From positions 1-57,744 of the IMG/VR virus record IMGVR_UViG_3300025525_000003: 57,744 nucleotides of DNA, one strand, 5' to 3'. This DNA comes from a virus. Its lineage: Duplodnaviria > Caudoviricetes. The stretch's first letter is position 1. The number at the start of each line of letters is the position of its first letter. The notes under the pieces are model-generated. The model was given only the letters and a program-made list of their open reading frames with translations, was not told the DNA's origin and searched no databases. Made by a program: the position numbers and the translations under genes. Below are positions 19,550-28,317 of the stretch, in pieces.

Positions 19550-19563
19550 TCACCCCGCTATCA

Positions 19564-20091
19564 TCATTCCGGCGCATCCTTCGTCGCCCAACTCGCTACG
19601 TAAATCCCCTGCACATGGCCCAGCAGTGCTGCGGCGAGATCAGTGATCTGCGCGACATCCATCTGATGCGTCACGTTGTCCATTGTGCGAACCGGCACTG
19701 TCGCGTCCGCCGGCAGGATGCCGACGTTGAAGGCCAACACATATCCTGTCATCTGCGCCTGGAAGACGGTATCGCAGTGCCAGCGGTTCCCGCCGTGCTC
19801 GAAGCCCGCCGCCATGGCTTCGTTGAGTTTTTCTTCCGCGCGCTGCCTGCGCTTTGCCCTCTTTAATTCCTTCACTTCTGCCGCAGGCTTCGGCGTGTTC
19901 ACCACGTAGGGCGGCTCGTCGATCTCCTGCACGAAATGCGTTTCTTCGCTTTCCCGCAGCGGATCCTGAATCTCAATGACATTGAACCTCTTGCGATTCG
20001 CGGGACTGGTCAGGTCTATTCCATGCTCGCCGGTTTCCGGGTCGTCGTAGCGCACATCGATATTGATGCGCCTGCCGTTCTTGATGAACAT
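19564..20091 (-). CDS. Tail fibre assembly-like protein (DUF4376-like)
   Basis: GFEHGG.RWHCD...VRTMDNVTH.MD..QI..L pattern; directly downstream of a fibre gene. Confidence 0.6.
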   Translation of the reverse strand: MFIKNGRRINIDVRYDDPETGEHGIDLTSPANRKRFNVIEIQDPLRESEETHFVQEIDEPPYVVNTPKPAAEVKELKRAKRRQRAEEKLNEAMAAGFEHGGNRWHCDTVFQAQMTGYVLAFNVGILPADATVPVRTMDNVTHQMDVAQITDLAAALLGHVQGIYVASWATKDAPE

Positions 20092-21680
20092 TACGGATTC
20101 CCTTCTGCGTTGTTGTACTTGAACACTCCGTCATTCGCCGCGACGGAAAACGTGTTGCTTCCCGCCGTGTTGTAGCTGGCGCTACTGGTGCGAACCTTGA
20201 AACCCCCTGCCAGTTTGTCGGCATGAGTTCCCCAGGTCACGGCGTTGCCGTTGATAGTCATGGAAGTTGGTGTGCCGTTGAGCCAAACGAACGGGCCATC
20301 TGCTGCCGCGTTTCCGGTGAATGAGCCGGAAGTGGTCACGCTGCCTGCTGGCCGGTTCTTCGTGTTGAGTGCCTTGAAGCCTGTCGGGGGCGTGTAGGCA
20401 AAGGCACGCTGGCCGAAGTTGAGTGTAAACGTACAAGTAACCGCTGAACTGCTTCCTCTCCCGACTGCCGGACTCCAAACACCAGATAGCCCTGTTGCAA
20501 CAGGATTGCCGGAATTAGCGGCAGTACCATTCACCGAGTAGTACAGTTTTCCAGCATCTACCCAAAATGCCAACAGCGCACCGTCTGACCATCCTGTGTA
20601 AGTTCCAACCGTCGACCCATTTACTACTACGCCACCAGCAGATGTGACATATATCCCGCCAGTACCAGACAAAGACGACGTGACAGCTAAATCTTCTCTA
20701 GCCAGTCCGACCGTGCCGTGCGTTGCATCATTAGTATCAGTCAGGATTTCCCAATACTTTTTATCAACCGTGGCGATATCAAAGAACTGAGAACTCTTTA
20801 TATGACTGTTCGCAATGGCATTAGTGTTTGTAACGCGCAGAGTGCCGTTGGAAATTGTGTGGTTTGACGCAGCCGCGACAGGATTTAATGTGCACCAGTT
20901 ATTCGTCGGCGTGTCTTCCATCCAGTCATCATTTACCCCGGCGCTGCGCGTGAAGTTGGTCAGCGTCCAGTTGTTGCCCTTGCCGGAGAAGTCGTAGCCA
21001 AGCGTGGTGGTGGATGTGCCGTCGTTGAAGTCCAGCATGAAGCTGTTGGTGCCACCGGCATCGACCACGGACTTGACGGCAGCAGCGGGCTTGCTGCGCC
21101 ACTGGCCATTAGGGTCGGTGTAGGCGAAGTTGGAAGCCGGAATCCTGGAGCCATAGACAAGGCATACCCGAGCCATGTACCCGCCTAAGTAGGTCGCTGC
21201 GGTTGCTTGCCTGCCAAGGTACTGGATGACTGCCGCCCCGAAGGACATATCTCGGTTCAATGCCGGATACGTCGCACCGCCGGCATGGGACAGGACGGCC
21301 CCGTTGACAGTAAAGACAACTCTGTCCGCAGCTGTCGCCTGAGTCGTATCCCACCCAACGACTACATGCAGCCATGCGGTCGGGTCACGATACTGTGCAG
21401 AAGTTTTAACCTGAGTTGTTCCAGCGGTAGAAATCAGTGTGAGAGTATTGTCACTCTCGAATCCGATCTGGTCATATGAGGAACCCTTGTCCGCCGACAA
21501 CAGCGGTTGTAGGGCAACAGAAAGTTCGCTGCGCTTGACCCACAGGGAGAGCGTGCCTATCTTCTGATCCGCCGCGCCGGCGGGGGTCTTGCTGATGTAG
21601 GCAGAGTCTGCCGAATTGAAGCGCAATGACCGCCCGATCTCCGGGAGTTGCGATCTTCCGCCGATATGCCCAACGATCAT
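20091..21680 (-). CDS. Tail fibre/receptor-binding protein with LamG (ConA-like) and SPRY-like domains
   Basis: Start reassigned to ATG at 21680 (TGATG overlap); RSLRFNS..TLSLWVKR..RDPTAWLHVVV; DFSGKGNNWT; DTPTNNWCTLNP; KKYWEI; LNFGQRAFAYTPPTGFKAL. Confidence 0.7.
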   Translation of the reverse strand: MIVGHIGGRSQLPEIGRSLRFNSADSAYISKTPAGAADQKIGTLSLWVKRSELSVALQPLLSADKGSSYDQIGFESDNTLTLISTAGTTQVKTSAQYRDPTAWLHVVVGWDTTQATAADRVVFTVNGAVLSHAGGATYPALNRDMSFGAAVIQYLGRQATAATYLGGYMARVCLVYGSRIPASNFAYTDPNGQWRSKPAAAVKSVVDAGGTNSFMLDFNDGTSTTTLGYDFSGKGNNWTLTNFTRSAGVNDDWMEDTPTNNWCTLNPVAAASNHTISNGTLRVTNTNAIANSHIKSSQFFDIATVDKKYWEILTDTNDATHGTVGLAREDLAVTSSLSGTGGIYVTSAGGVVVNGSTVGTYTGWSDGALLAFWVDAGKLYYSVNGTAANSGNPVATGLSGVWSPAVGRGSSSAVTCTFTLNFGQRAFAYTPPTGFKALNTKNRPAGSVTTSGSFTGNAAADGPFVWLNGTPTSMTINGNAVTWGTHADKLAGGFKVRTSSASYNTAGSNTFSVAANDGVFKYNNAEGNP

Positions 21681-22699
21681 CAGTACGGCCCGATCACCGA
21701 GCAGTAGGCATTTGTGCCATCGCTCGTATAGTCTATTCTGTAGGTGCCGGTTGCCGAGAGGATGGTCAGGTCGCTGGTGGAAATCTTCGTGTTGGCATGC
21801 GCACTGACGGCATAACTGCTGCCGTTTACGAAGATGACCGATCCGGAAATGCCATCGGACTGGTTGGCGAAGGTGAGCGTGACGGCGCCGGTAGGCGTGC
21901 ATTTGAAGTTCTGCTTCGCGCCGAGATCAAATGATCCGTCGTTGTCGGACAGATATGCCGAGCGCTGCGGCGCCGTGAAGTTCTGCGCGATATCGATGCC
22001 GGCCACCGTCAGACTGGCGTCAGGTAAGGTGATCGTGCGATCGTCTGTCGGATCTGCGACAACCACATCCGTCTCGAAGTCGTTGTCCGTCGCACCCTCG
22101 AACTTGATCTTCGTGCCGGCGCCCATGATCAGGTCGCCAGTCATGATGTCTCCGGCCTTGTCCAGCTTCGCGGCCAGGTTGGCTGAGAGATCGACGAAGT
22201 ATTTCCACTTGTTTGCCGCCAGGTCTGTGGCGAAGGTTCCCGACGTGTGGGCGGCCACGCACAGGTACATCACGTTCGAATAAACGGCGGTGTCGTTTCT
22301 CGCATAGGCGGTGGTCGTCAGCCAGTCGCCGCGGTGGCGGAATACGTAGTCTCCCGTGTCGTTCCAGGACGCGCCGCTGTCGAAGCTGTACTGCAGCTTG
22401 GCCGTGGCCTGATCGACACGGAATTCCGGCATGCTGCTGATGATTCCCGTATCGTGATCCGGCACGGTGATGCCGGAGATGGTGGCAACGACTGGCTCAT
22501 CGATGTAGATGGCGCCCTGGCTCTTGCCCTCGCTGTCCAGCAACATCGGGTTCTCGTGCTGGTCGCTGCCGGTTGGCGCCGTGTACAGCGTTGCATGCGT
22601 CGTGGTCTTGGCACCGCCCGAGACGGTCCAGAAGTCGACTTGGGCACCTGAATAGATCGGGTTGGCCAGACTGAATTCGATGATGGCTTTGCGTGGCAT
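21680..22699 (-). CDS. Tail fibre-like structural protein
   Basis: Head-binding-like N-terminus; HRGDW...YLCVAAHTSGTFATDLAANKW; FEGATDNDFET..DPTDDRTITLPD fibre motifs. Confidence 0.65.
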   Translation of the reverse strand: MPRKAIIEFSLANPIYSGAQVDFWTVSGGAKTTTHATLYTAPTGSDQHENPMLLDSEGKSQGAIYIDEPVVATISGITVPDHDTGIISSMPEFRVDQATAKLQYSFDSGASWNDTGDYVFRHRGDWLTTTAYARNDTAVYSNVMYLCVAAHTSGTFATDLAANKWKYFVDLSANLAAKLDKAGDIMTGDLIMGAGTKIKFEGATDNDFETDVVVADPTDDRTITLPDASLTVAGIDIAQNFTAPQRSAYLSDNDGSFDLGAKQNFKCTPTGAVTLTFANQSDGISGSVIFVNGSSYAVSAHANTKISTSDLTILSATGTYRIDYTSDGTNAYCSVIGPY

Positions 22700-22702
22700 G
22701 AA

Positions 22703-23428
22703 TCAGGCTCCCCAGGCTTGCGTGCGGCGAACGCCGCGCTTCTCGCGGTTGGAATAGGCCGTCAGGCGTGCACGCGACGTCTCAGCGTCTCGTTTGATGT
22801 CGTCGGTTTCGGATTTCATCAGGCGGCGCACCGGGCCGCTGCCGATGTCGGCTGCCGTCTGGTTGATGATCCAGCGCTGCCACTCGACAGGCCATCCGTG
22901 CGGGACATTGCCGCTCGTCGCCGCGCCAACCTTGACGGTGACGGTGTTGGCGTAGGTCTGGCAGACAAGGCGCAGGGTGTAAATGCCGGCCGAAACCGGA
23001 ACCGGATGGACGTAGAGATTCTGATCGTCCTTCAGGCGGTCGATATAGACTATCTCTGGCTTCCCGGTGGCATCCTTGTCGGTGATCGCCTCGTACTCGC
23101 GCCGGCTGACCAGCCTCACCTCGCCATCGTTGCCGCTGCTGTCGCGCAGGTAGGCGTCTGCCGGAAAGATGATGCCGTTGCCCGGGTAGCTCTGCCCGGC
23201 GGCATCTGAAAGATCATAGGAATTCGCGGTAGTCAGCGGGATATCGATGGTGACTGGAATCAGCCAATGGCAGCGCTCGGCGCCGACGAACTCGGCGATG
23301 GCCATATCCATCCAGAACAGGGTTTCATGCAGTTCCTCTGGATCGGCCGCCGTGTCGTTGATCGAGAAAGCCCCGATCTTGCGAAGCGCCCGCTCCGCAA
23401 GTTCCCTGGCGGAGAACAGGCGCGACAT
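22703..23428 (-). CDS. Head-to-tail adaptor (P22 gp4-like position)
   Basis: ELAERALRKIG N-terminus and GKP...Y...LYVHPVP motif typical of podovirus adaptors. Confidence 0.65.
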   Translation of the reverse strand: MSRLFSARELAERALRKIGAFSINDTAADPEELHETLFWMDMAIAEFVGAERCHWLIPVTIDIPLTTANSYDLSDAAGQSYPGNGIIFPADAYLRDSSGNDGEVRLVSRREYEAITDKDATGKPEIVYIDRLKDDQNLYVHPVPVSAGIYTLRLVCQTYANTVTVKVGAATSGNVPHGWPVEWQRWIINQTAADIGSGPVRRLMKSETDDIKRDAETSRARLTAYSNREKRGVRRTQAWGA

Positions 23429-23431
23429 CTA

Positions 23432-23947
23432 TCAAGCCGCCTTCTTCTTGATCAGCGGGGAATCCTCGATCACCTTCTCGATGCCGTCGAGTTCGGAGAT
23501 CTTGCCCTCTGAACCACGGGAGACACCTTCGTCTCTCCGGCTGGCAGTCTTGATGAAATCGATCAGTTCGGTATCGCTGGAGGTTTTCTTGAGCTCTTCC
23601 GAGCCAGGCAGAATCTTGGCGCGCTTCCACAGTGCCGCGCGGCTCAGTTCCTCGTATTCTGCAACGACTTCGCCTTCGCCCAGCTTGAGCGGCTGGCTGT
23701 CATCGCGCCTTGCCACCGGCTTCATGACGTTGCCCTTGGCGTCCTCGACGATGAATGCCTTGTCGACGAGGAACTTCATGGCATGGTCGAGCGGCATCTC
23801 GGTGTGCTCATCCGAGCGCAGCTTGTAAACCTTGGTGATGGGTTCTCCGCTCGGGATGACCTGGACGATTATTTCATGCGTGCGCGCCTCTCCGGGCCTG
23901 GCCATCGTGTCCCTGACGAACGCGACTTCTTCCTTTTCCTCTGCCAT
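23432..23947 (-). CDS. Hypothetical phage protein
   Basis: 171-aa ORF with AAGGAG SD, co-oriented in the late operon. Confidence 0.65.
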   Translation of the reverse strand: MAEEKEEVAFVRDTMARPGEARTHEIIVQVIPSGEPITKVYKLRSDEHTEMPLDHAMKFLVDKAFIVEDAKGNVMKPVARRDDSQPLKLGEGEVVAEYEELSRAALWKRAKILPGSEELKKTSSDTELIDFIKTASRRDEGVSRGSEGKISELDGIEKVIEDSPLIKKKAA

Positions 23948-23960
23948 GCGGTTCTCCTTG

Positions 23961-23986
23961 AAAAGCGGGGCAGGTTTCCCTGCCCC
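23961..23986 (-). terminator. Intrinsic terminator-like hairpin after the capsid genes
   Basis: 8-bp stem GGGGCAGG/CCTGCCCC with 4-nt loop, followed on the minus strand by GCTTTT. Confidence 0.6.
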
Positions 23987-24000
23987 TATGTACCGTGCGC

Positions 24001-24735
24001 TTACGCGGTGAGGATGTACGGAAGGATCAGGAACCCTTCCGCCGTGTCCGCAGCAGCGAGGAGCGTGTAGGTGATACTGACAGCGTTCGACCCGGTGATG
24101 ACGTGGGCCTCGTGGGTCAAGTCGCCGGCGTTTACCGAGTCCTGAACCTCGAACAGCGCTCCCAGCGTGTTGCCGGCGTTGGCGATGGTTGCCCGCACCA
24201 GTCCGACCGTCGCGCAGGAAACCGCGTCGATGAAGCCGTCGGCGTCACCGGCGGTCTCGCTCGACTTCAGGCCAGCTTCCAGGGTGATAGCGGCATCCGC
24301 GGTGGTGATGCGCACCAGCGGAGTCGGCAACACGGCCGCATAGAGCGGGAAGTCGAAGCCTGTATCTGTCTCTGTCGCCGCCGTGGTATCGGCGATTGAG
24401 AACGGAATCTTGGCCACCTGGTTGAGTTGCTGGGTGTCGACCGCGAAGTCATAGCCGCCGCTGCCCGGAACCACGCCTGTCTTGACGAGGAACTGGCCAC
24501 CGGGTGCCATGATGTAGAGGTCGACCGCATTGACCGTATTGGCGACGTAGAACTCCGCGCCGCCATTGGTCATGGAAACCGGGTTGGCTTGGGCTGTCCC
24601 GTCCTTTTTCAGGAGAGTTTCCTTCTGCGCATCCCCGGACTTTGCGACGTAGCAGACGCCACCGGCAGCGGTGATCATCTCGCCGGCCATTACGCCGGCG
24701 CCAACGCCATACAACTGGATATTGACTTTCTGCAT
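24001..24735 (-). CDS. Putative capsid decoration/minor head protein
   Basis: Directly after the major capsid gene, GGAGG SD, beta-rich A/T/G composition. Confidence 0.55.
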   Translation of the reverse strand: MQKVNIQLYGVGAGVMAGEMITAAGGVCYVAKSGDAQKETLLKKDGTAQANPVSMTNGGAEFYVANTVNAVDLYIMAPGGQFLVKTGVVPGSGGYDFAVDTQQLNQVAKIPFSIADTTAATETDTGFDFPLYAAVLPTPLVRITTADAAITLEAGLKSSETAGDADGFIDAVSCATVGLVRATIANAGNTLGALFEVQDSVNAGDLTHEAHVITGSNAVSITYTLLAAADTAEGFLILPYILTA

Positions 24736-24750
24736 CTTCGTATCCTCCGG

Positions 24751-25872
24751 TTAGTTGGCCGCGGCCGCAGTCTTGATCGACACGCAGCCGTAGTCCTCCC
24801 GCGACTGGTTGTCGAAGCGGGATTTGAACTGCGGCTTGAGCATGCCGACGATGCGGCTGATGCCAATGGCCGGCCGGTTGCCGTAGTCGGTGTTGTCCGA
24901 CTCGTTCATGCCGGGCGTGCCGTCGTTGAGTTCGGCGTAGCCCATGGCCTGCGCCCCCAGCAGCATGGCCTGCGCGCCGTGAATGGTGCCGCCGGCGCCC
25001 CAACGGTTGCCGCTGCCGAGGCCAAGGGTGTTGTAGACCTTCTGGTGGTCGTAGATCACGACATCCGAGATGATCTTCTTGGCGTTGTTGAACAGCGGGT
25101 TGTCGAGGCCGCGCGGCATGGCCTGGGCGTGCAGGGTCTTGTAGTCGCTCGACTGCTCGAGATCGCGGCACTGCTCGGTGCTGCAGACCAGGAAGTAGAA
25201 GTTGCGACCGCCAGCCCGCACGGGACGGATGCGCTTGCGCTTGGCGAAGGACTTGGCCTGAATCACCAGATCCCATGTCAGCTTGTCGGAGGCCGTAATG
25301 GTGGCTTCCGAAGTCGCTGCGCCGGCATGCATGACGCGGTTGGTGGAAGCCGCCGCCACGTCGGCCGCGAAGGATAACTGCGGCAGCTGGGAGCCGGTGC
25401 GGGTCGAGCCGTCCGTATTCACGGAGAAGGCGCGGCCGGCGGCCACCAGGAACTGCAGTTCGTCCAGCGTGTCGGCCAGCCAGAATGCCAGGGCATCCTT
25501 GCCTTGCGCGCGGAAGCGGATGACCGTCTGCTGTTCGCTCATGCGGCCTTTCGAGCGCACGCCGTTTCGCAGTTGGTCGATACGGATGGTCTGAGTATCC
25601 GCCAGCAGCGAAGCCTCATTCCCCTCCAATTGGTTGTCGCCCACCACGCCGCCGCCGGACAGATCCGCGACCAGCGGCATGACGCATTCCGTGCCACGCT
25701 CGGTCTTGGTCAGTTCGGTGACGCGCTGGACGGGCTTGGTCGTGTCGTTCGTGCCAGAAGACATGAAGCCGTTCGACATCCAGAAATTGTCGTCGCGGCC
25801 CTGCTTGCTGACTTGAAGCGACCAGACCTTTTTCTGGAGCTCGCTGAGAGCCCCAAAGTCAGTCGTTGCCAT
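24751..25872 (-). CDS. Major capsid protein (N4-gp56/DUF4043-like)
   Basis: ELTK..G...L.GGGVVGDNQLEGNE..L....IRIDQLRNGV and LLGAQA..DYGN motifs; follows scaffold. Confidence 0.85.
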   Translation of the reverse strand: MATTDFGALSELQKKVWSLQVSKQGRDDNFWMSNGFMSSGTNDTTKPVQRVTELTKTERGTECVMPLVADLSGGGVVGDNQLEGNEASLLADTQTIRIDQLRNGVRSKGRMSEQQTVIRFRAQGKDALAFWLADTLDELQFLVAAGRAFSVNTDGSTRTGSQLPQLSFAADVAAASTNRVMHAGAATSEATITASDKLTWDLVIQAKSFAKRKRIRPVRAGGRNFYFLVCSTEQCRDLEQSSDYKTLHAQAMPRGLDNPLFNNAKKIISDVVIYDHQKVYNTLGLGSGNRWGAGGTIHGAQAMLLGAQAMGYAELNDGTPGMNESDNTDYGNRPAIGISRIVGMLKPQFKSRFDNQSREDYGCVSIKTAAAAN

Positions 25873-25885
25873 TTTTCAACACTCC

Positions 25886-26920
25886 TTATCCTGTTCGTCC
25901 GAAAAGTTGCCCGTGCAACCGGGCTTTCACGGTCGGCATGGAATCCAGCATCGCCAGGGCTTCGTCATCGGTCATGCCATCCATCTTGGCCATGATCTCT
26001 GCGTCGCTCGGCGTCACACCGGATGCGGCCGACCCCATCTTCGATACGTCGGGCGGCATGGTTTCGGCGAGTTTCAGCTTTGCGTCACGCGCGGCTGCCG
26101 TATCGCTCAAACCTGCGGCCTTCTCGGGCGGCTGGCCGGATTCAGGAGTTTTGGGGGTTTCCCCATACAGGCGGGTTGCAATCTTCGCAATCCGTTCGCG
26201 CAGTTGCTTGGTGCCTTCGACACCGGCCCGGATCGGCTTGCCTTCGGCACGCGCCTCCTCGTAAGCCAGGGTTGCCAGCGATTGCGTCTGCGATTCGGTG
26301 AGCTTGTTGAGTACCGGGTATTTATTGACCAACTGGACGACATGCTCCTCCAGTGATTGATCATTTCGTACCACGTCCTCGTTGCGCCGGGATTCCTTGA
26401 TCTGGTCGATACTGTCAGACAGCTTCCGCTCCTCGCGCTTCCATTCGACGGCGCTGATTTCGCCCTTGTCGAACTTCTCCGCCAGTGCTTCCTGCTGCGC
26501 GTACAGGCCTTCCAGTGGATCATCGGGTTGTTCCGGTTCGGCTTGCCTGCCGGCGTCTGCCGGTTGCTCGCCTGGCCTGGCCATGGATGACAGGACTTCA
26601 ACCTGTCCTTCCAGTTGGGCGGCGCGCATTTCGGCTGCTTGCCGGAGCTTGCGCTCCTTGTAGACGGCCGATACGGGCACCTTCGGTTCATCCCGCTTTT
26701 CCGGCGCTTTCTGCTCTCCTGGCTTGGCTTCCCCTTGGGCCTCACCTTCGACCGGCTTGGTTTCCGGCTTGGTTTCCGCCTTGAGGGCTGCTTCGGCCGC
26801 CGCCAGTTCCGCTTCGTAGGGGTCTGACGGTTCCGCAGTCTGCGCGCTCTCCGGTTGCACCGGAGCCTGTTGTCCTTCCTCTGCCTTGATCGCTTCCGCG
26901 ACCTTCTCAATATCAGCCAT
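25886..26920 (-). CDS. Capsid scaffolding protein
   Basis: Acidic/Pro-rich N-terminus, VP.S..KERKLRQ coiled coil; immediately upstream of the capsid gene. Confidence 0.75.
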   Translation of the reverse strand: MADIEKVAEAIKAEEGQQAPVQPESAQTAEPSDPYEAELAAAEAALKAETKPETKPVEGEAQGEAKPGEQKAPEKRDEPKVPVSAVYKERKLRQAAEMRAAQLEGQVEVLSSMARPGEQPADAGRQAEPEQPDDPLEGLYAQQEALAEKFDKGEISAVEWKREERKLSDSIDQIKESRRNEDVVRNDQSLEEHVVQLVNKYPVLNKLTESQTQSLATLAYEEARAEGKPIRAGVEGTKQLRERIAKIATRLYGETPKTPESGQPPEKAAGLSDTAAARDAKLKLAETMPPDVSKMGSAASGVTPSDAEIMAKMDGMTDDEALAMLDSMPTVKARLHGQLFGRTG

Positions 26921-26949
26921 TGCCCTATCCTTTCCAGGTCGGATTCCCG

Positions 26950-27033
26950 TTCGCCCGCATGCTCCCGGCGGCGGAGTGTTGCCTGTTCAACGGACAGGCT
27001 CCGCTTTCGCCCGATTACCCCCGGCGGCAGGGT
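26950..27033 (-). ncRNA. Candidate cis-regulatory RNA: two tandem pseudoknot-like units in the scaffold leader
   Basis: Minus strand ACCCU-GCCGCCG-GGGGU-AAU-CGGGCGAA and ACUCC-GCCGCCG-GGAGC-AUG-CGGGCGAA, separated by hairpin GCCTGT/ACAGGC. Confidence 0.5.
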
Positions 27034-27064
27034 TGGCCGGCGGGCGCTACCCGCCAGACCTGAA

Positions 27065-27439
27065 TCAGTCGCGCTTCAGCGTGACGACGACGTGGCCGCG
27101 CGGCGAACCGCCCGAGCCGCCGCCAGTCACGGCAAGCGAAATTTTGTCGCCCCTGGCCACATTGGCCACAGGTTCGGTCGGCACGGCTTCGGCAATCGTG
27201 CCTGCGCCGGAACCCGCCGTCGGCAGCGTCACCACGCCACCCGGCACGGCCACGCCATTCAGGGATGTCGTGATGACGACATCGGCCGTACCGATCGCGC
27301 CATCCACGATCGCCTGGATCCGGGTCAGCCGACCCGGACACGGCGCGATCAGGTAATAGGTGGCATCGGCCGACAGGTCGGCAATCGGCTTGTGCAGGTA
27401 TTCCTCGACTCCACCGGTTTCTGGCGCTGCTGTACTCAT
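27065..27439 (-). CDS. Small beta-rich structural/decoration-like protein
   Basis: 124-aa ORF with GAGG SD; G/T/V-rich. Confidence 0.55.
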   Translation of the reverse strand: MSTAAPETGGVEEYLHKPIADLSADATYYLIAPCPGRLTRIQAIVDGAIGTADVVITTSLNGVAVPGGVVTLPTAGSGAGTIAEAVPTEPVANVARGDKISLAVTGGGSGGSPRGHVVVTLKRD

Positions 27440-27448
27440 GTCTTGTCC

Positions 27449-27991
27449 TCAGTTCGGTGTCAGCGAATATCTGGAGCTCTCGACGGCATGGGCGGCGCTG
27501 ATGGACTCGCCCTGGGCCAGCCGGACGCGCTGATTGCGGCTATGTTCCATGCCGTACATCCACTCCTTCCACTTGGCGATCATCTGTTCGCAGTGTTCGG
27601 CGAAGTCCTCCATTTCGAAGGCCTTCAGGCGTTCCATCGGCAATGGGAACTCCTCGACGATCTGCAGATCGCCGTCGCGGTCCTTCCACAGCAGGTAAAA
27701 TTGCTGGCCGATCCAGCCGGCCAGCCAAGCCCCGCCGTGGCTACTGCATTTGTTGACGAAACGGCAGATCTTGCGCGCCATTTCTCTGTGGTCGTTGTGC
27801 AGCAGACAGGGCTCCGGGAAACTGGCGTAACGCCATTTGCCGTCCATCTGCAGCGCACAAATCCACCATTGCGCACCGCGCGCCTCCTCGAACATCCAGC
27901 CGCGCACACGCGCGCCAAGCCAGGCGTCTGGCAGGCCGTGAGTGTTCTGCTCGCCTCGCAGGATGTCCGTCGTAATGACTTGCGTATCCAT
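27449..27991 (-). CDS. Hypothetical phage protein
   Basis: 180-aa ORF, GGGGTG SD-like sequence, co-oriented. Confidence 0.6.
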   Translation of the reverse strand: MDTQVITTDILRGEQNTHGLPDAWLGARVRGWMFEEARGAQWWICALQMDGKWRYASFPEPCLLHNDHREMARKICRFVNKCSSHGGAWLAGWIGQQFYLLWKDRDGDLQIVEEFPLPMERLKAFEMEDFAEHCEQMIAKWKEWMYGMEHSRNQRVRLAQGESISAAHAVESSRYSLTPN

Positions 27992-28014
27992 AGCACCCCT
28001 ATTCCATCATCGGT

Positions 28015-28028
28015 TTCTTGGTGTCCCC
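28015..28028 (-). promoter_or_regulatory. Candidate late-promoter element GGGGACACCAAGAA (copy 2)
   Basis: Exact 14-bp match to 39404-39417; both copies intergenic and upstream of late gene blocks. Confidence 0.5.
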
Positions 28029-28134
28029 TTGGAATCTTGCCGCCAGCCGACGAGCCTATTCAGTCAGCATTGAGGCAAACCAGCGATTATTTGTGACAAA
28101 TGCATGACGGGATATGCCGGCAGTCGCCTTATTG

Positions 28135-28317
28135 CTACCGCTCGGTATCACTTGGCTCGGTTTCTTTGAACCAGCCCTCCAACTCGGCGGCTTCACGTCT
28201 GGCAATGCCCTGGGTCATGGCCTGAAGCGCTTGCAGTGGAATCACGGGGTTGCTTTGCTTGGCGGCTTCCATGGCGGCTTCGTGCCCTACGATTTCGAGT
28301 CCGATCAGGTCAGCCAT
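28135..28317 (-). CDS. Small hypothetical protein
   Basis: 60-aa ORF overlapping the portal stop. Confidence 0.45.
   Translation of the reverse strand: MADLIGLEIVGHEAAMEAAKQSNPVIPLQALQAMTQGIARREAAELEGWFKETEPSDTER

Noticed and set aside
21681-21902. N-terminal extension of the 603-aa ORF in the track
   Set aside because: Overlaps the upstream fibre gene out of frame; the TGATG-coupled ATG at 21680 is the more plausible start
24449-25276. Alternative-frame ORF spanning the capsid end as a programmed frameshift extension
   Set aside because: No slippery sequence seen, low-complexity translation, and the downstream gene has its own GGAGG SD
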